Assembly: GCA_036745275.1 (NCBI GenBank)
Contig: DAIOGK010000017.1
Span: 8,456-72,455 of the forward strand
DNA from: Beijerinckiaceae bacterium
GTDB taxonomy: Bacteria > Pseudomonadota > Alphaproteobacteria > Rhizobiales > Beijerinckiaceae
DNA: 64,000 nt
Direction: 5' to 3'
Shown: piece after piece, positions 26,380-34,601 of the stretch
Position numbering within the stretch: position 1 is the stretch's first letter
Layout: every line of letters begins with the position of its first letter
The notes under the pieces: model-generated
The model's input: the letters and a program-made list of their open reading frames with translations, nothing else
Told to the model about the DNA's origin: nothing
Databases searched by the model: none
Program-made: the position numbers and the translations under genes

Positions 26380-26526
26380 CGGATTCAGCGCGTGAAGTAG
26401 CGGATTCACGGTGTGAGCTTGTCAACGCAAAGCCTTAAATTCCGGATTCTCCACATGAGGAACCGGACTCACTTTCTGAAGGTGCGGATTCAAAATCTCA
26501 TCTTCCGGAACCGGCACGTTATGAAG
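26380..26526. repeat. Seven tandem, phase-locked 21-bp units (consensus CGGATTCA-N5-TGAAG-N3) upstream of argC
   Basis: Units start at 26380, 26401, 26422 (degenerate), 26443, 26464, 26485 and 26506. Read directly from the sequence. Confidence 0.8.
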
Positions 26527-26632
26527 CCCCGGCAAGCTCCACAGCGGGCAGCGCCATTGACAGCGCAGCACCGCATCCGCATATCGAGCGCTGACCGTGA
26601 ATGTCGTTTGGCCTTTAAATCGAGGACCGCCG

Positions 26633-27565
26633 ATGACCGCTAGGCACACCGTTTTCATTGATGGCGAAGCTGGCACGACAGGGCTCGGCATCCGCGAGCG
26701 GCTGGCATCGGAACCGGCAATCAGGGTGCGTTCGATCGACCCCGAAAAGCGTAAGGATCCCGCCGCCAAGAAGGCGCTGATGAGCGAGGTCGAGGTTGTC
26801 ATCCTCTGCCTGCCTGACGATGCGGCAAAGGAAACCGCAGCGATTGTTGCCGGCATGGGGGCAGGGGGACCGCGCCTGCTCGATGCCTCAACAGCCCATC
26901 GCGTCGCGGACGGCTGGGCCTATGGCTTTGCCGAACTCGCCCCCGATCAGGCAGCGAAGATCGCGGCAGCAAAGAACGTCGCCAACCCCGGTTGCTACCC
27001 CACCGGCGGCATTGCCCTGCTGCGGCCGCTGGTTGATGCCGGATTGCTGCCGCCCGATTATCCGGTCACGGTCAATGCGGTTTCGGGCTATTCGGGTGGC
27101 GGCAAGTCGATGATCGAGGCCTATGACAGCGGCAAGGCGCCCGCATTTGAGCTTTATGGCCTCGGCCTTGAGCACAAGCACCTTGCCGAACTGCAAACCT
27201 ATTCGCGCCTTCAGCGGCGCCCGATTTTTGTGCCCTCAGTCGGCAATTTCCGGCAGGGAATGCTCGTCTCCGTGCCGCTGCATCTCGATACACTGCCCGG
27301 CAAGCCGAGGGCTGCGGATCTCGAAGCGGCCTTGCTTGCCCGTTATGCGGGCTGCGCGGATGTTCTCGTCCGCACGGGCGAGGACGTCAGCCTGAAATCC
27401 GGCAAGCTGGAAGCAGAAGCCCTCAACGATACGAACCGCATGGAACTCCGCGTATTCGGCAATGAGGCGCGGCGGCAGGCGGTTCTCGTTGCGCGGCTGG
27501 ACAACCTCGGCAAGGGCGCGTCCGGCGCAGCGGTTCAGAACCTCAAGCTGATGCTGGGGCTGTAG
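26633..27565 (+). CDS. argC: N-acetyl-gamma-glutamyl-phosphate reductase (short ArgC2 type)
   Basis: [24 protein letters not shown]…NPGCYPTG (catalytic Cys)…[19 protein letters not shown]. Start at ATG 26633. Confidence 0.92.
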   Translation: MTARHTVFIDGEAGTTGLGIRERLASEPAIRVRSIDPEKRKDPAAKKALMSEVEVVILCLPDDAAKETAAIVAGMGAGGPRLLDASTAHRVADGWAYGFAELAPDQAAKIAAAKNVANPGCYPTGGIALLRPLVDAGLLPPDYPVTVNAVSGYSGGGKSMIEAYDSGKAPAFELYGLGLEHKHLAELQTYSRLQRRPIFVPSVGNFRQGMLVSVPLHLDTLPGKPRAADLEAALLARYAGCADVLVRTGEDVSLKSGKLEAEALNDTNRMELRVFGNEARRQAVLVARLDNLGKGASGAAVQNLKLMLGL

Positions 27566-27594
27566 TTGACGCAAACGACCGGCAATTGACGAGT

Positions 27595-28446
27595 CTAGAT
27601 GACCCGGTGCGCGGAAACCACCTGCTTCTGCTCGCCCAGCCCCTCGATGCCGAGGCGCATGATGTCGCCGGCCTTGAGGAAGCAGGGGGGCTTCATGCCC
27701 ATGCCCACGCCAGGCGGCGTGCCGGTGGTAATCACATCGCCGGGGTTCAGCGTCATGAATTGCGAGATATAGGAGACGATGGTCTTGATCGAAAAGATCA
27801 TCGTGGACGTGTTGCCGGTCTGCATCCGCTTGCCGTTCACGTCGAGCCACATCGAGAGCTTCTGCACGTCCCGGATTTCGTCGCGCGTCACCAGCCATGG
27901 CCCGACAGGGCCGAAGGTGGGGCAGCCCTTGCCCTTCATCCACTGACCGCCGCGCTCGATCTGAAAGGAACGTTCGGAAACATCGTTGCAGATGCAATAG
28001 CCCGCAACGTAGTCGAGAGCCTCACGCTCTGAGACGTAGCTCGCGCGCGTGCCGATCACCACGGCGATTTCCACTTCCCAGTCGGTCTTTTCAGACGTCT
28101 TTGGCAGGATCACCTCGTCATTCGGGCCAACGATGCAGGATACGGCCTTGTTGAATAGGATCGGCTCTTTCGGGATGGGCGAATTGGTCTCCGCCGCATG
28201 ATCAGCATAATTCAGCCCGACAGCGATGAAATTGCCGACATTGCCGACGCAGGGCCCGAGGCGCGGGCGTCCGCGCACCAGCGGCAGCTTGTCCACCTTG
28301 ATCCTGGCAAGCTTTGCCAGGGACTTCGGGCTGAGTGCGGCACCGTCGATATCGGAAACATGGCCGGAAAGGTCGCGGATCTTGCCATCCGAATCGACAA
28401 TCCCTGGCTTTTCCCGCCCGGGCTTTCCGTATCGAACCAGTTTCAT
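27595..28446 (-). CDS. Fumarylacetoacetate hydrolase (FAH) family protein
   Basis: 283 aa: …NYADHAAE…PILFNK…DWEVEIAVVIG…GDVITTGTPPGVG. Confidence 0.85.
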   Translation of the reverse strand: MKLVRYGKPGREKPGIVDSDGKIRDLSGHVSDIDGAALSPKSLAKLARIKVDKLPLVRGRPRLGPCVGNVGNFIAVGLNYADHAAETNSPIPKEPILFNKAVSCIVGPNDEVILPKTSEKTDWEVEIAVVIGTRASYVSEREALDYVAGYCICNDVSERSFQIERGGQWMKGKGCPTFGPVGPWLVTRDEIRDVQKLSMWLDVNGKRMQTGNTSTMIFSIKTIVSYISQFMTLNPGDVITTGTPPGVGMGMKPPCFLKAGDIMRLGIEGLGEQKQVVSAHRVI

Positions 28447-28904
28447 TGATTCCTCCCCAGCGGGTCTTGAACGCTAAAAACGAGCGGAATTTTTCTACTA
28501 ATTATGAGCAAAAGCCAATGCCTATTCACGCAAGTGAGGCGTTTCTGCCTTTGCGCTGCCATACAAACGTTGCACTTCGGCAACGGTTCCCCGGCAAAAG
28601 GGCCTTTTTGGGGCAGGGCTCCAAATTCGTCGGATTCTGAATTCGCCAAAAAACCTGCTTAGTTCGCATGTGAACGAAAGGGCGCAATCAAAAACTGTGC
28701 AAATTTGGGTCATTTTTTCAAAGTTTCGCAAATCCCCTTCATGTCAGGGGCCATTTCGGCCCCGAAATCTGGAAAATTCGGCAATTGCGCGGCGGCGGGG
28801 CCTCTGTAAAAAAGGACGGATCGGGATAATTCGCAGCCTGATCAATCCGGTGACACAAGATCACAGACGGTCAGGCAACAGGACAGACGATCAAGGGGTG
28901 CCAG

Positions 28905-30215
28905 ATGAAGTCCTATATGAAGTTCGGCCTCGCGGCGGCGGTTTCGCTCATTGCGCTTGAGGCTTCTGCCGGCGGCTTTGGTGTGCGCGAGCAGTCTGCG
29001 ATTTCGCAGGGCGCCTCCTTCGCCGGTGCGGCGACAAGCGCGGCCGGCCTGTCCGGCATGTATTGGAACCCGGCGATCGTCACGACCGTTCCGGGCATGA
29101 ACGCTGAATCGCACGTCTCGGGCATCTTCGGCTTTGCCAAGCTCACCCCGATCTCCGGCGTCAGCGCCCCGGCCGCCGTTGGTGGCACCGGCAACCTCGG
29201 AATTCCCGCCCTCGTCGGCACCAGCTACTATAACTATCAGGTCAACGACCGGCTGTTCCTCGGCCTTTCAATCAATGCCCCGTATGGTCTGAAGACCCAG
29301 TCCAACTACAACTGGTCAGGCCAGCTGTACGGTCGTTCCTCCAAGGCGCTGAACATGCTGTTCACGCCGACCATCGGCTTCAAGGTCAACGACTGGCTCG
29401 CTGTGGGTGCCGGCCTTCAGATCGGCTATTTCGACGTGAACCTGAAGGGCGCGACGCCGTCCTCGCCGAACCCGCGTGCCGCCGCTACGGCCCTGCTGCC
29501 GAACTCGCCGAACAACATTCTTGATGGCGATGGCTGGAGCGCAGGTTACACCCTCGGCGCAACCATCACCCCGTTTGCCGGCACCGAGATCGGCATCGGC
29601 TTCCGTTCGATGGTCCACTATGACCTGAAGGGCACGGTGAAGCTGCCGTATGCCGTTCTGCCGATCAAGGCCAAGGTCAACCTGCCGGAGATGCTGACCA
29701 TCGGCCTGCGTCAGCAGATCAACGACAAGGTCACGATGCTTGCCGGTTTCGAGTGGACCAACTGGAGCCGCGTCCATCGCGCCGCGATCCGTAACCGTGG
29801 CACCGGCGCTCCGATCAGCCAGCTCGCTTTCGACTATAAGGACGGTTACCTGGCCTCGCTCGGCGGCGAATACCGCTGGGATGACCGGTTGCTGCTCCGC
29901 GCGGGTCTCGCCTACGAGTGGTCGCCGATCGAGGATGCTACCCGCAGCGTCCGCATTCCGGACAACGACCGCATCTGGGCGTCGCTCGGTGCCACCTACA
30001 AGTGGAACGACCGCTTGACCTTCGACGGCTCCTACACCCACATCTTCGTGAAGGATCCGGATGTGGCGATCCTGCCGGGCCACCACGACTACCGTGCCGG
30101 TGTGCCGTTGGTTGCCAAGGGCAAGGCGCATGTGGACATCATCTCCTTCTCGATGCGCTACAGCTTCAACCCGCCGCCGCCGCCGGTGTCGAAGTCGGTG
30201 GCCACGAAGGGCTGA
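28905..30215 (+). CDS. Outer-membrane hydrophobic-compound transport protein (OmpP1/FadL/TodX family)
   Basis: Signal peptide MKSYMKFGLAAAVSLIALEASA, an N-terminal hatch (GGFGVREQSAISQGASFAGAA…MYWNPA) and a beta-barrel ending in an aromatic residue. Confidence 0.85.
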   Translation: MKSYMKFGLAAAVSLIALEASAGGFGVREQSAISQGASFAGAATSAAGLSGMYWNPAIVTTVPGMNAESHVSGIFGFAKLTPISGVSAPAAVGGTGNLGIPALVGTSYYNYQVNDRLFLGLSINAPYGLKTQSNYNWSGQLYGRSSKALNMLFTPTIGFKVNDWLAVGAGLQIGYFDVNLKGATPSSPNPRAAATALLPNSPNNILDGDGWSAGYTLGATITPFAGTEIGIGFRSMVHYDLKGTVKLPYAVLPIKAKVNLPEMLTIGLRQQINDKVTMLAGFEWTNWSRVHRAAIRNRGTGAPISQLAFDYKDGYLASLGGEYRWDDRLLLRAGLAYEWSPIEDATRSVRIPDNDRIWASLGATYKWNDRLTFDGSYTHIFVKDPDVAILPGHHDYRAGVPLVAKGKAHVDIISFSMRYSFNPPPPPVSKSVATKG

Positions 30216-30237
30216 TCGTAACATTCAGACGTAGGGA

Positions 30238-30267
30238 CAGGGGCCGGTTTCCGGCCCCTTTTCCTTT
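30238..30267 (+). terminator. Intrinsic terminator after the FadL-family gene
   Basis: GGGGCCGG-ttt-CCGGCCCC followed by TTTTCCTTT. Confidence 0.8.
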
Positions 30268-30444
30268 GGTGCCGCGGTGGATTCACCATGCTCGGCGGAA
30301 CCTGGATCGTGAGGCCGACAAATCGGTTGACGACGGACATACAGCCGCTGTTCACATTTCCGCGATTAGAGTGTCTGGAATGAAAGCTGCGCGCTCTTAG
30401 GGGGAAGGCGCCGGCAAACAAGGCAATCCTCCCGAGTAGTGAAC

Positions 30445-32820
30445 ATGTCGCATCGTCCGAGTTTATTCGATGCAGAGGCCACGCCTGATCTCTGGTCGCG
30501 GCGCCGGCTCGTTCTGATAGCACTGGTGTTTGCCGCAGCCTGGGCCTCGTTCGGCCTTCCCTGGCTGTCCGGTCGCGTGACCATTCCCTATGATGCCAAG
30601 GCGCATTTTCAGGCCCAGATCCAGTTTCTTGCAAACGCGCTGCATACGGGCCAGTCACCATTCTGGACGCCGAATGTTTTCGGCGGCTCGCCGCAAATTG
30701 CCGATCCGCAGTCGCTGATCTTTTCCCCGGCCTTCCTGCTCGCCTGGTTCGATGCGGTGCCGAGCTTCCAGCGGGTGGATGCGTTTGTTCTGACGCTGCT
30801 CGGGCTCGGCGGCTTCGCCATTCTGATGTTCTTCAAGGATCGGAACTGGCACCCGGCCGGCGCGATGGTGGCGGGGCTTGCCTTTGCGTTTGGCGGGGCG
30901 GCGGCCTGGCGCATCCAGCATGTCGGGCAGGTGATGAGCTTTGCGCAGTTCGGCATCACGCTCTGGCTACTGGCGCGGGCACTGGACCGGTCCTCGATCC
31001 GCTATGGTTTGCTCTCGGGGCTGTCGGCAGCACTGATGGTGGTCAAGCCCGATCAGGTGGGCCTGCTCGGCGTTTACGTGCTGGCCGCTTACGTGCTGAA
31101 CCACTGGCTGACAGCGGAGCATCGCAAGGCGGCGCTGGTGGCGAGCCTGCGGCCGCTGACCGCCGGCGCGGTGGCGGCGGCCGTGCTCGCGGCGGGCCCG
31201 CTGCTTCTGACGCTTCTGTTCGCTGAAGCCTCCCAGCGTGCGGAAATCAGCTACACCGAAGCCATTCGTGGCTCGCTGCATCCGGCTTCGATGCTGACGG
31301 CGATGATTGCCGACCTTTTCGGCGCGGGCGATCTGAAGGTGGACTACTGGGGCCCGTCGAGCGCGGCGTGGGACCCGGGTGAACTGTCCCTGTCCCAGAA
31401 CATGGGCGAGATCTATTTCGGCGCCATTCCGGTTCTGGCAATCCTGACCGTCGGCGCGACGCGCGGCCTGCTCTGGAACAAGGATGTCCGGTTCTTTACT
31501 CTCGCGGCTTTGGCCTGCATTTTCTACGCCCTTGGCAAATACACGCCTGTTTTTCACCTGCTGTACGAATATATGCCGGGTGTGAAGGGCTTCCGCCGAC
31601 CCGCCGACGCCACCTTCATGATTGGCGGGCTGGGCGCCATCATTGGCGGCTATGTCATCCACCGCTGGCTGACGGAGGACTTCCGGCGTCCGGGCCTTGC
31701 GCGCACGGCGTTCAAGGGACTGGTGCTGATTGGCCTGTTTGCGCTCGCTGCATTTCTGGCCTACCGGCACGGCCACCTTGCCGATGCGGTTAAGCCGATC
31801 ATGGTTTCGGCGGCGATCCTTTGCGCCGGGCTACTGCTGGTGAAATCGTCGCAAGTCTATTTGCGGCAGGCGCCTGTTTTGTCTGCGGCGGCCCTTGCGG
31901 CCTTCATGGTCTATGATCTTGGCGTCAACAACGGCCCCAATGAATCCACTGGCCTGCCGCCAGCCTCTTACGACGTGCTTGATCCGGCCACGCGAAACCC
32001 GACAATTGCCATTCTCAAGCAGAAGCTGCGGCAGGCGAACAATGCCGGCCAGCGGGATCGGGTGGAACTGCTCGGCGTCGGCTTTGCTTGGCCTAACCTT
32101 GGCATGGTCCACAGCTTCGATCATGTGCTCGGCTATAACCCGCTGCGCTTGAGGGAGTTTGTGGAGGTTGCGGGCGCGGGCGATACCATCGCCGGTCCGG
32201 ACCAGCGCGTATTCACGCCGCTGATGACCTCCTATGGCTCACTGTTTGCCGATCTGATCGGCCTGCGCTGGATTGCGTCCTCCGTGCCGATTGAGACAGT
32301 GGACAAGAATTTGCGCCCCGGTGACCTGCGGCTGATCGCCCGCACGCAGGACGCCTTCATCTATGAAAATCCAAATGCCCTGCCACGCGCGATGTTCGTG
32401 CGGGGCTGGAAGCTGGCAGACTTTGAGCGGCTGACCGAAACCGGTCGCTGGCCGGATTTCAATCCGCAGCGCGAGGTTCTGCTGGAGTCGTTGCCGGAGG
32501 AAGCTGCGCCGGTCCAGGTGACCGGCCTTGCTGAGGTACGGATCCGATCCTACGAAAATACGCGCGTCGAAATCGAGGTGGAGACGCCGGACCCCGGCTT
32601 CGTGCTGCTAAACGATGTCTGGCACCGTTGGTGGACCGCAAACATTGACGGCGAGGAGGCGGATATTCTCAAGGCCAATGTGCTGTTCCGCGCTGTTCAG
32701 GTGCCGGCCGGCAAGCACAAGATCGTCTTTGAGTTCAAGCCGATCGAGGGCGCATTTGCCGAACTGCGCGAACGGTTGACCGGCGAGGCGACGGGCGAGG
32801 GCGAATTCGATACGCCCTGA
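30445..32820 (+). CDS. Large polytopic membrane protein, YfhO-like (GT-C-type glycosyltransferase candidate)
   Basis: About 790 aa with roughly 12 or more TM segments and a C-terminal soluble domain. The N-terminus …IPYDAKAHFQAQIQFLANALHTGQSPFWTPNVFGGSPQIADPQSLIFSP is YfhO-like. Starts at GTG 30439 or ATG 30445. Confidence 0.65.
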   Translation: MSHRPSLFDAEATPDLWSRRRLVLIALVFAAAWASFGLPWLSGRVTIPYDAKAHFQAQIQFLANALHTGQSPFWTPNVFGGSPQIADPQSLIFSPAFLLAWFDAVPSFQRVDAFVLTLLGLGGFAILMFFKDRNWHPAGAMVAGLAFAFGGAAAWRIQHVGQVMSFAQFGITLWLLARALDRSSIRYGLLSGLSAALMVVKPDQVGLLGVYVLAAYVLNHWLTAEHRKAALVASLRPLTAGAVAAAVLAAGPLLLTLLFAEASQRAEISYTEAIRGSLHPASMLTAMIADLFGAGDLKVDYWGPSSAAWDPGELSLSQNMGEIYFGAIPVLAILTVGATRGLLWNKDVRFFTLAALACIFYALGKYTPVFHLLYEYMPGVKGFRRPADATFMIGGLGAIIGGYVIHRWLTEDFRRPGLARTAFKGLVLIGLFALAAFLAYRHGHLADAVKPIMVSAAILCAGLLLVKSSQVYLRQAPVLSAAALAAFMVYDLGVNNGPNESTGLPPASYDVLDPATRNPTIAILKQKLRQANNAGQRDRVELLGVGFAWPNLGMVHSFDHVLGYNPLRLREFVEVAGAGDTIAGPDQRVFTPLMTSYGSLFADLIGLRWIASSVPIETVDKNLRPGDLRLIARTQDAFIYENPNALPRAMFVRGWKLADFERLTETGRWPDFNPQREVLLESLPEEAAPVQVTGLAEVRIRSYENTRVEIEVETPDPGFVLLNDVWHRWWTANIDGEEADILKANVLFRAVQVPAGKHKIVFEFKPIEGAFAELRERLTGEATGEGEFDTP

Positions 32821-32959
32821 CAGCCTCCCGAATGCCCTGATCCGCAGCGAGACAGCGGCCCCTGACGGCGCATAATCGTTTGACATTGGCGCCGGGGGAG
32901 GGGAAACACCAGCCACTTGTCCCGAAGCTGAGGTCTGCGATTTGAATTTCCGGAATGCG

Positions 32960-33730
32960 ATGAACGATGTGGTGAGAGGCATCGTCGGCTGGCGCGTCTG
33001 GTACATGCTGACCGCGGCCGAAATCAACAAGCGCTATCGCCGCTCGGTGTTCGGCCAGTTCTGGTACACCTTGTCGATGGCGCTGACAGTGCTGGGCATC
33101 GGCTTTGTGTATGGTGGACTGTTCAACCAGCCGTATTTGGATTTTGTCGCCTACCTCACGGTGACATTCCCGCTGTGGTATCTCATCTCGAACATGATGA
33201 ATGACAGCGCGCAGTCGTTCATCAACTCCGAAGCGCAGTTGAAGCACTATGCTTTTCCGTGCTCGACCTTCGTGTTCCAGATGATTCTGCGGAATCTCTT
33301 CATTTTTGCGCATAACATTGTGCTGATCGTGCCCGTTTTCCTCATCGCCCGTAAATGGCCGGGCCTGCCGGTCCTCGCCTTCGTGCCCGCGCTCGTCGCC
33401 TATGTGCTGACGGGGGTGTGGCTGGGGCTACTCTTCGGCACCATCGGGACGCGTTTCCGCGATGTGCCGCAGATCATTTCCAGCGTGACCAGCCTTGCCT
33501 TTTTCGTCACGCCCGTGATGTTCCGCCCGATTTCAATGCCCGAGCGTCTGCAATTCGTGATCGACCACAACCCCTTTGCTGCGCTTCTGGCAATTGGCCG
33601 CGATCCGTTGCTGGGGCATTGGCCGCGCGCATCGGACTGGTTCGTCGTCGGCCTGATCACGGTCCTCGGCTTTGCTGTCGCACTGCCGGTGTTCGGGCGC
33701 TACCGGCGCTTCATCCGCTATTGGCTGTGA
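32960..33730 (+). CDS. ABC-2 type polysaccharide/O-antigen export permease (Wzm/KpsM/TagG-like)
   Basis: …WRVWYMLTAAEINKRYRRSVFGQFWYTLSMAL… signature and 6 TM segments. Start at ATG 32960 (the track uses TTG 32942). Confidence 0.8.
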   Translation: MNDVVRGIVGWRVWYMLTAAEINKRYRRSVFGQFWYTLSMALTVLGIGFVYGGLFNQPYLDFVAYLTVTFPLWYLISNMMNDSAQSFINSEAQLKHYAFPCSTFVFQMILRNLFIFAHNIVLIVPVFLIARKWPGLPVLAFVPALVAYVLTGVWLGLLFGTIGTRFRDVPQIISSVTSLAFFVTPVMFRPISMPERLQFVIDHNPFAALLAIGRDPLLGHWPRASDWFVVGLITVLGFAVALPVFGRYRRFIRYWL

Positions 33731-33737
33731 GGCTGTG

Positions 33738-34517
33738 ATGTCCGACCGCACCCGCGACGTTTCCATCACGCTCGACCGTGCCACCATCGACTTCCAGCTT
33801 TTTTCCGATGGCGGTCGTTCGCTGAAGTCGCATGTCATGCGCCGCACGGTTGGCGGACGCATCAATGCCGACAAGACCGGCCATGCCGTCTCGGTAAAAG
33901 CGCTGAACGCCGTGACGCTGACGTTGACACCCGGCGCCAAGATCGGCCTCGTCGGACGCAACGGCGCGGGCAAGACGACGCTTTTGCGGGCACTTTCGGG
34001 CATTTACGAGCCGACCGATGGCAAAATCACCATCAACGGCAGCTGCGCGTCCATGACCGACATGATGATGGGCATGGATGCCGATGCCTCGGGCCGCGAG
34101 AACATCCGCCTGCGCGGCGTTTTTCTCGGCCTCACCTTTGCGGAGACGCGCGCCATCGAGCCGGACATTGAGGAGTTCACCGAACTCGGCGAGTTTCTCG
34201 ATCTGCCGCTGCGCACCTATTCCTCGGGCATGATGCTGCGTCTGGCCTTCGCCATTTCCACCTGCATCCGGCCCGACATTCTGATCATGGACGAGGTGAT
34301 CGGCGTGGGCGATCAGGCGTTCTTTGCCAAGGCGCAAAAGCGCTTGCAGGAGATGATCCACGAGACCAAAATCTTCGTTGTCGCCTCGCACGATAACGAG
34401 ATTATCCGCCGTTTCTGCAACCGCGTGCTCGTGCTTGACGCGGGCAACATCGCTTTCGACGGCGATGTCGAAGACGGGCTGGCCTTCTTCGACACCCGCA
34501 TCCGCAACGCGAGCTGA
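33738..34517 (+). CDS. ABC transporter ATP-binding protein (Wzt/KpsT/TagH-like, short form)
   Basis: Walker A GRNGAGKTTLL, signature YSSGMMLRLAF, Walker B ILIMDEV. No C-terminal glycan-binding extension. Confidence 0.9.
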   Translation: MSDRTRDVSITLDRATIDFQLFSDGGRSLKSHVMRRTVGGRINADKTGHAVSVKALNAVTLTLTPGAKIGLVGRNGAGKTTLLRALSGIYEPTDGKITINGSCASMTDMMMGMDADASGRENIRLRGVFLGLTFAETRAIEPDIEEFTELGEFLDLPLRTYSSGMMLRLAFAISTCIRPDILIMDEVIGVGDQAFFAKAQKRLQEMIHETKIFVVASHDNEIIRRFCNRVLVLDAGNIAFDGDVEDGLAFFDTRIRNAS

Positions 34518-34601
34518 AAAAGCCGGAGCCGCTTTCAGGCACTCGCTGGTCGTGGCTGGCCGCCCCGCTCTCCGCATCAATCGAAGAACGGGGCAGGGGG
34601 C

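Noticed and set aside
26413-26643. 76-aa ORF spanning the 21-bp repeat array (a heptad-like FRILHMRNRTHFLKVRIQNLIFRNRHV)
   Set aside because: The apparent heptad periodicity is simply the 21-bp DNA repeat read in one frame. The peptide is extremely basic, lacks an SD and runs into the argC start. A non-coding repeat is the simpler reading.
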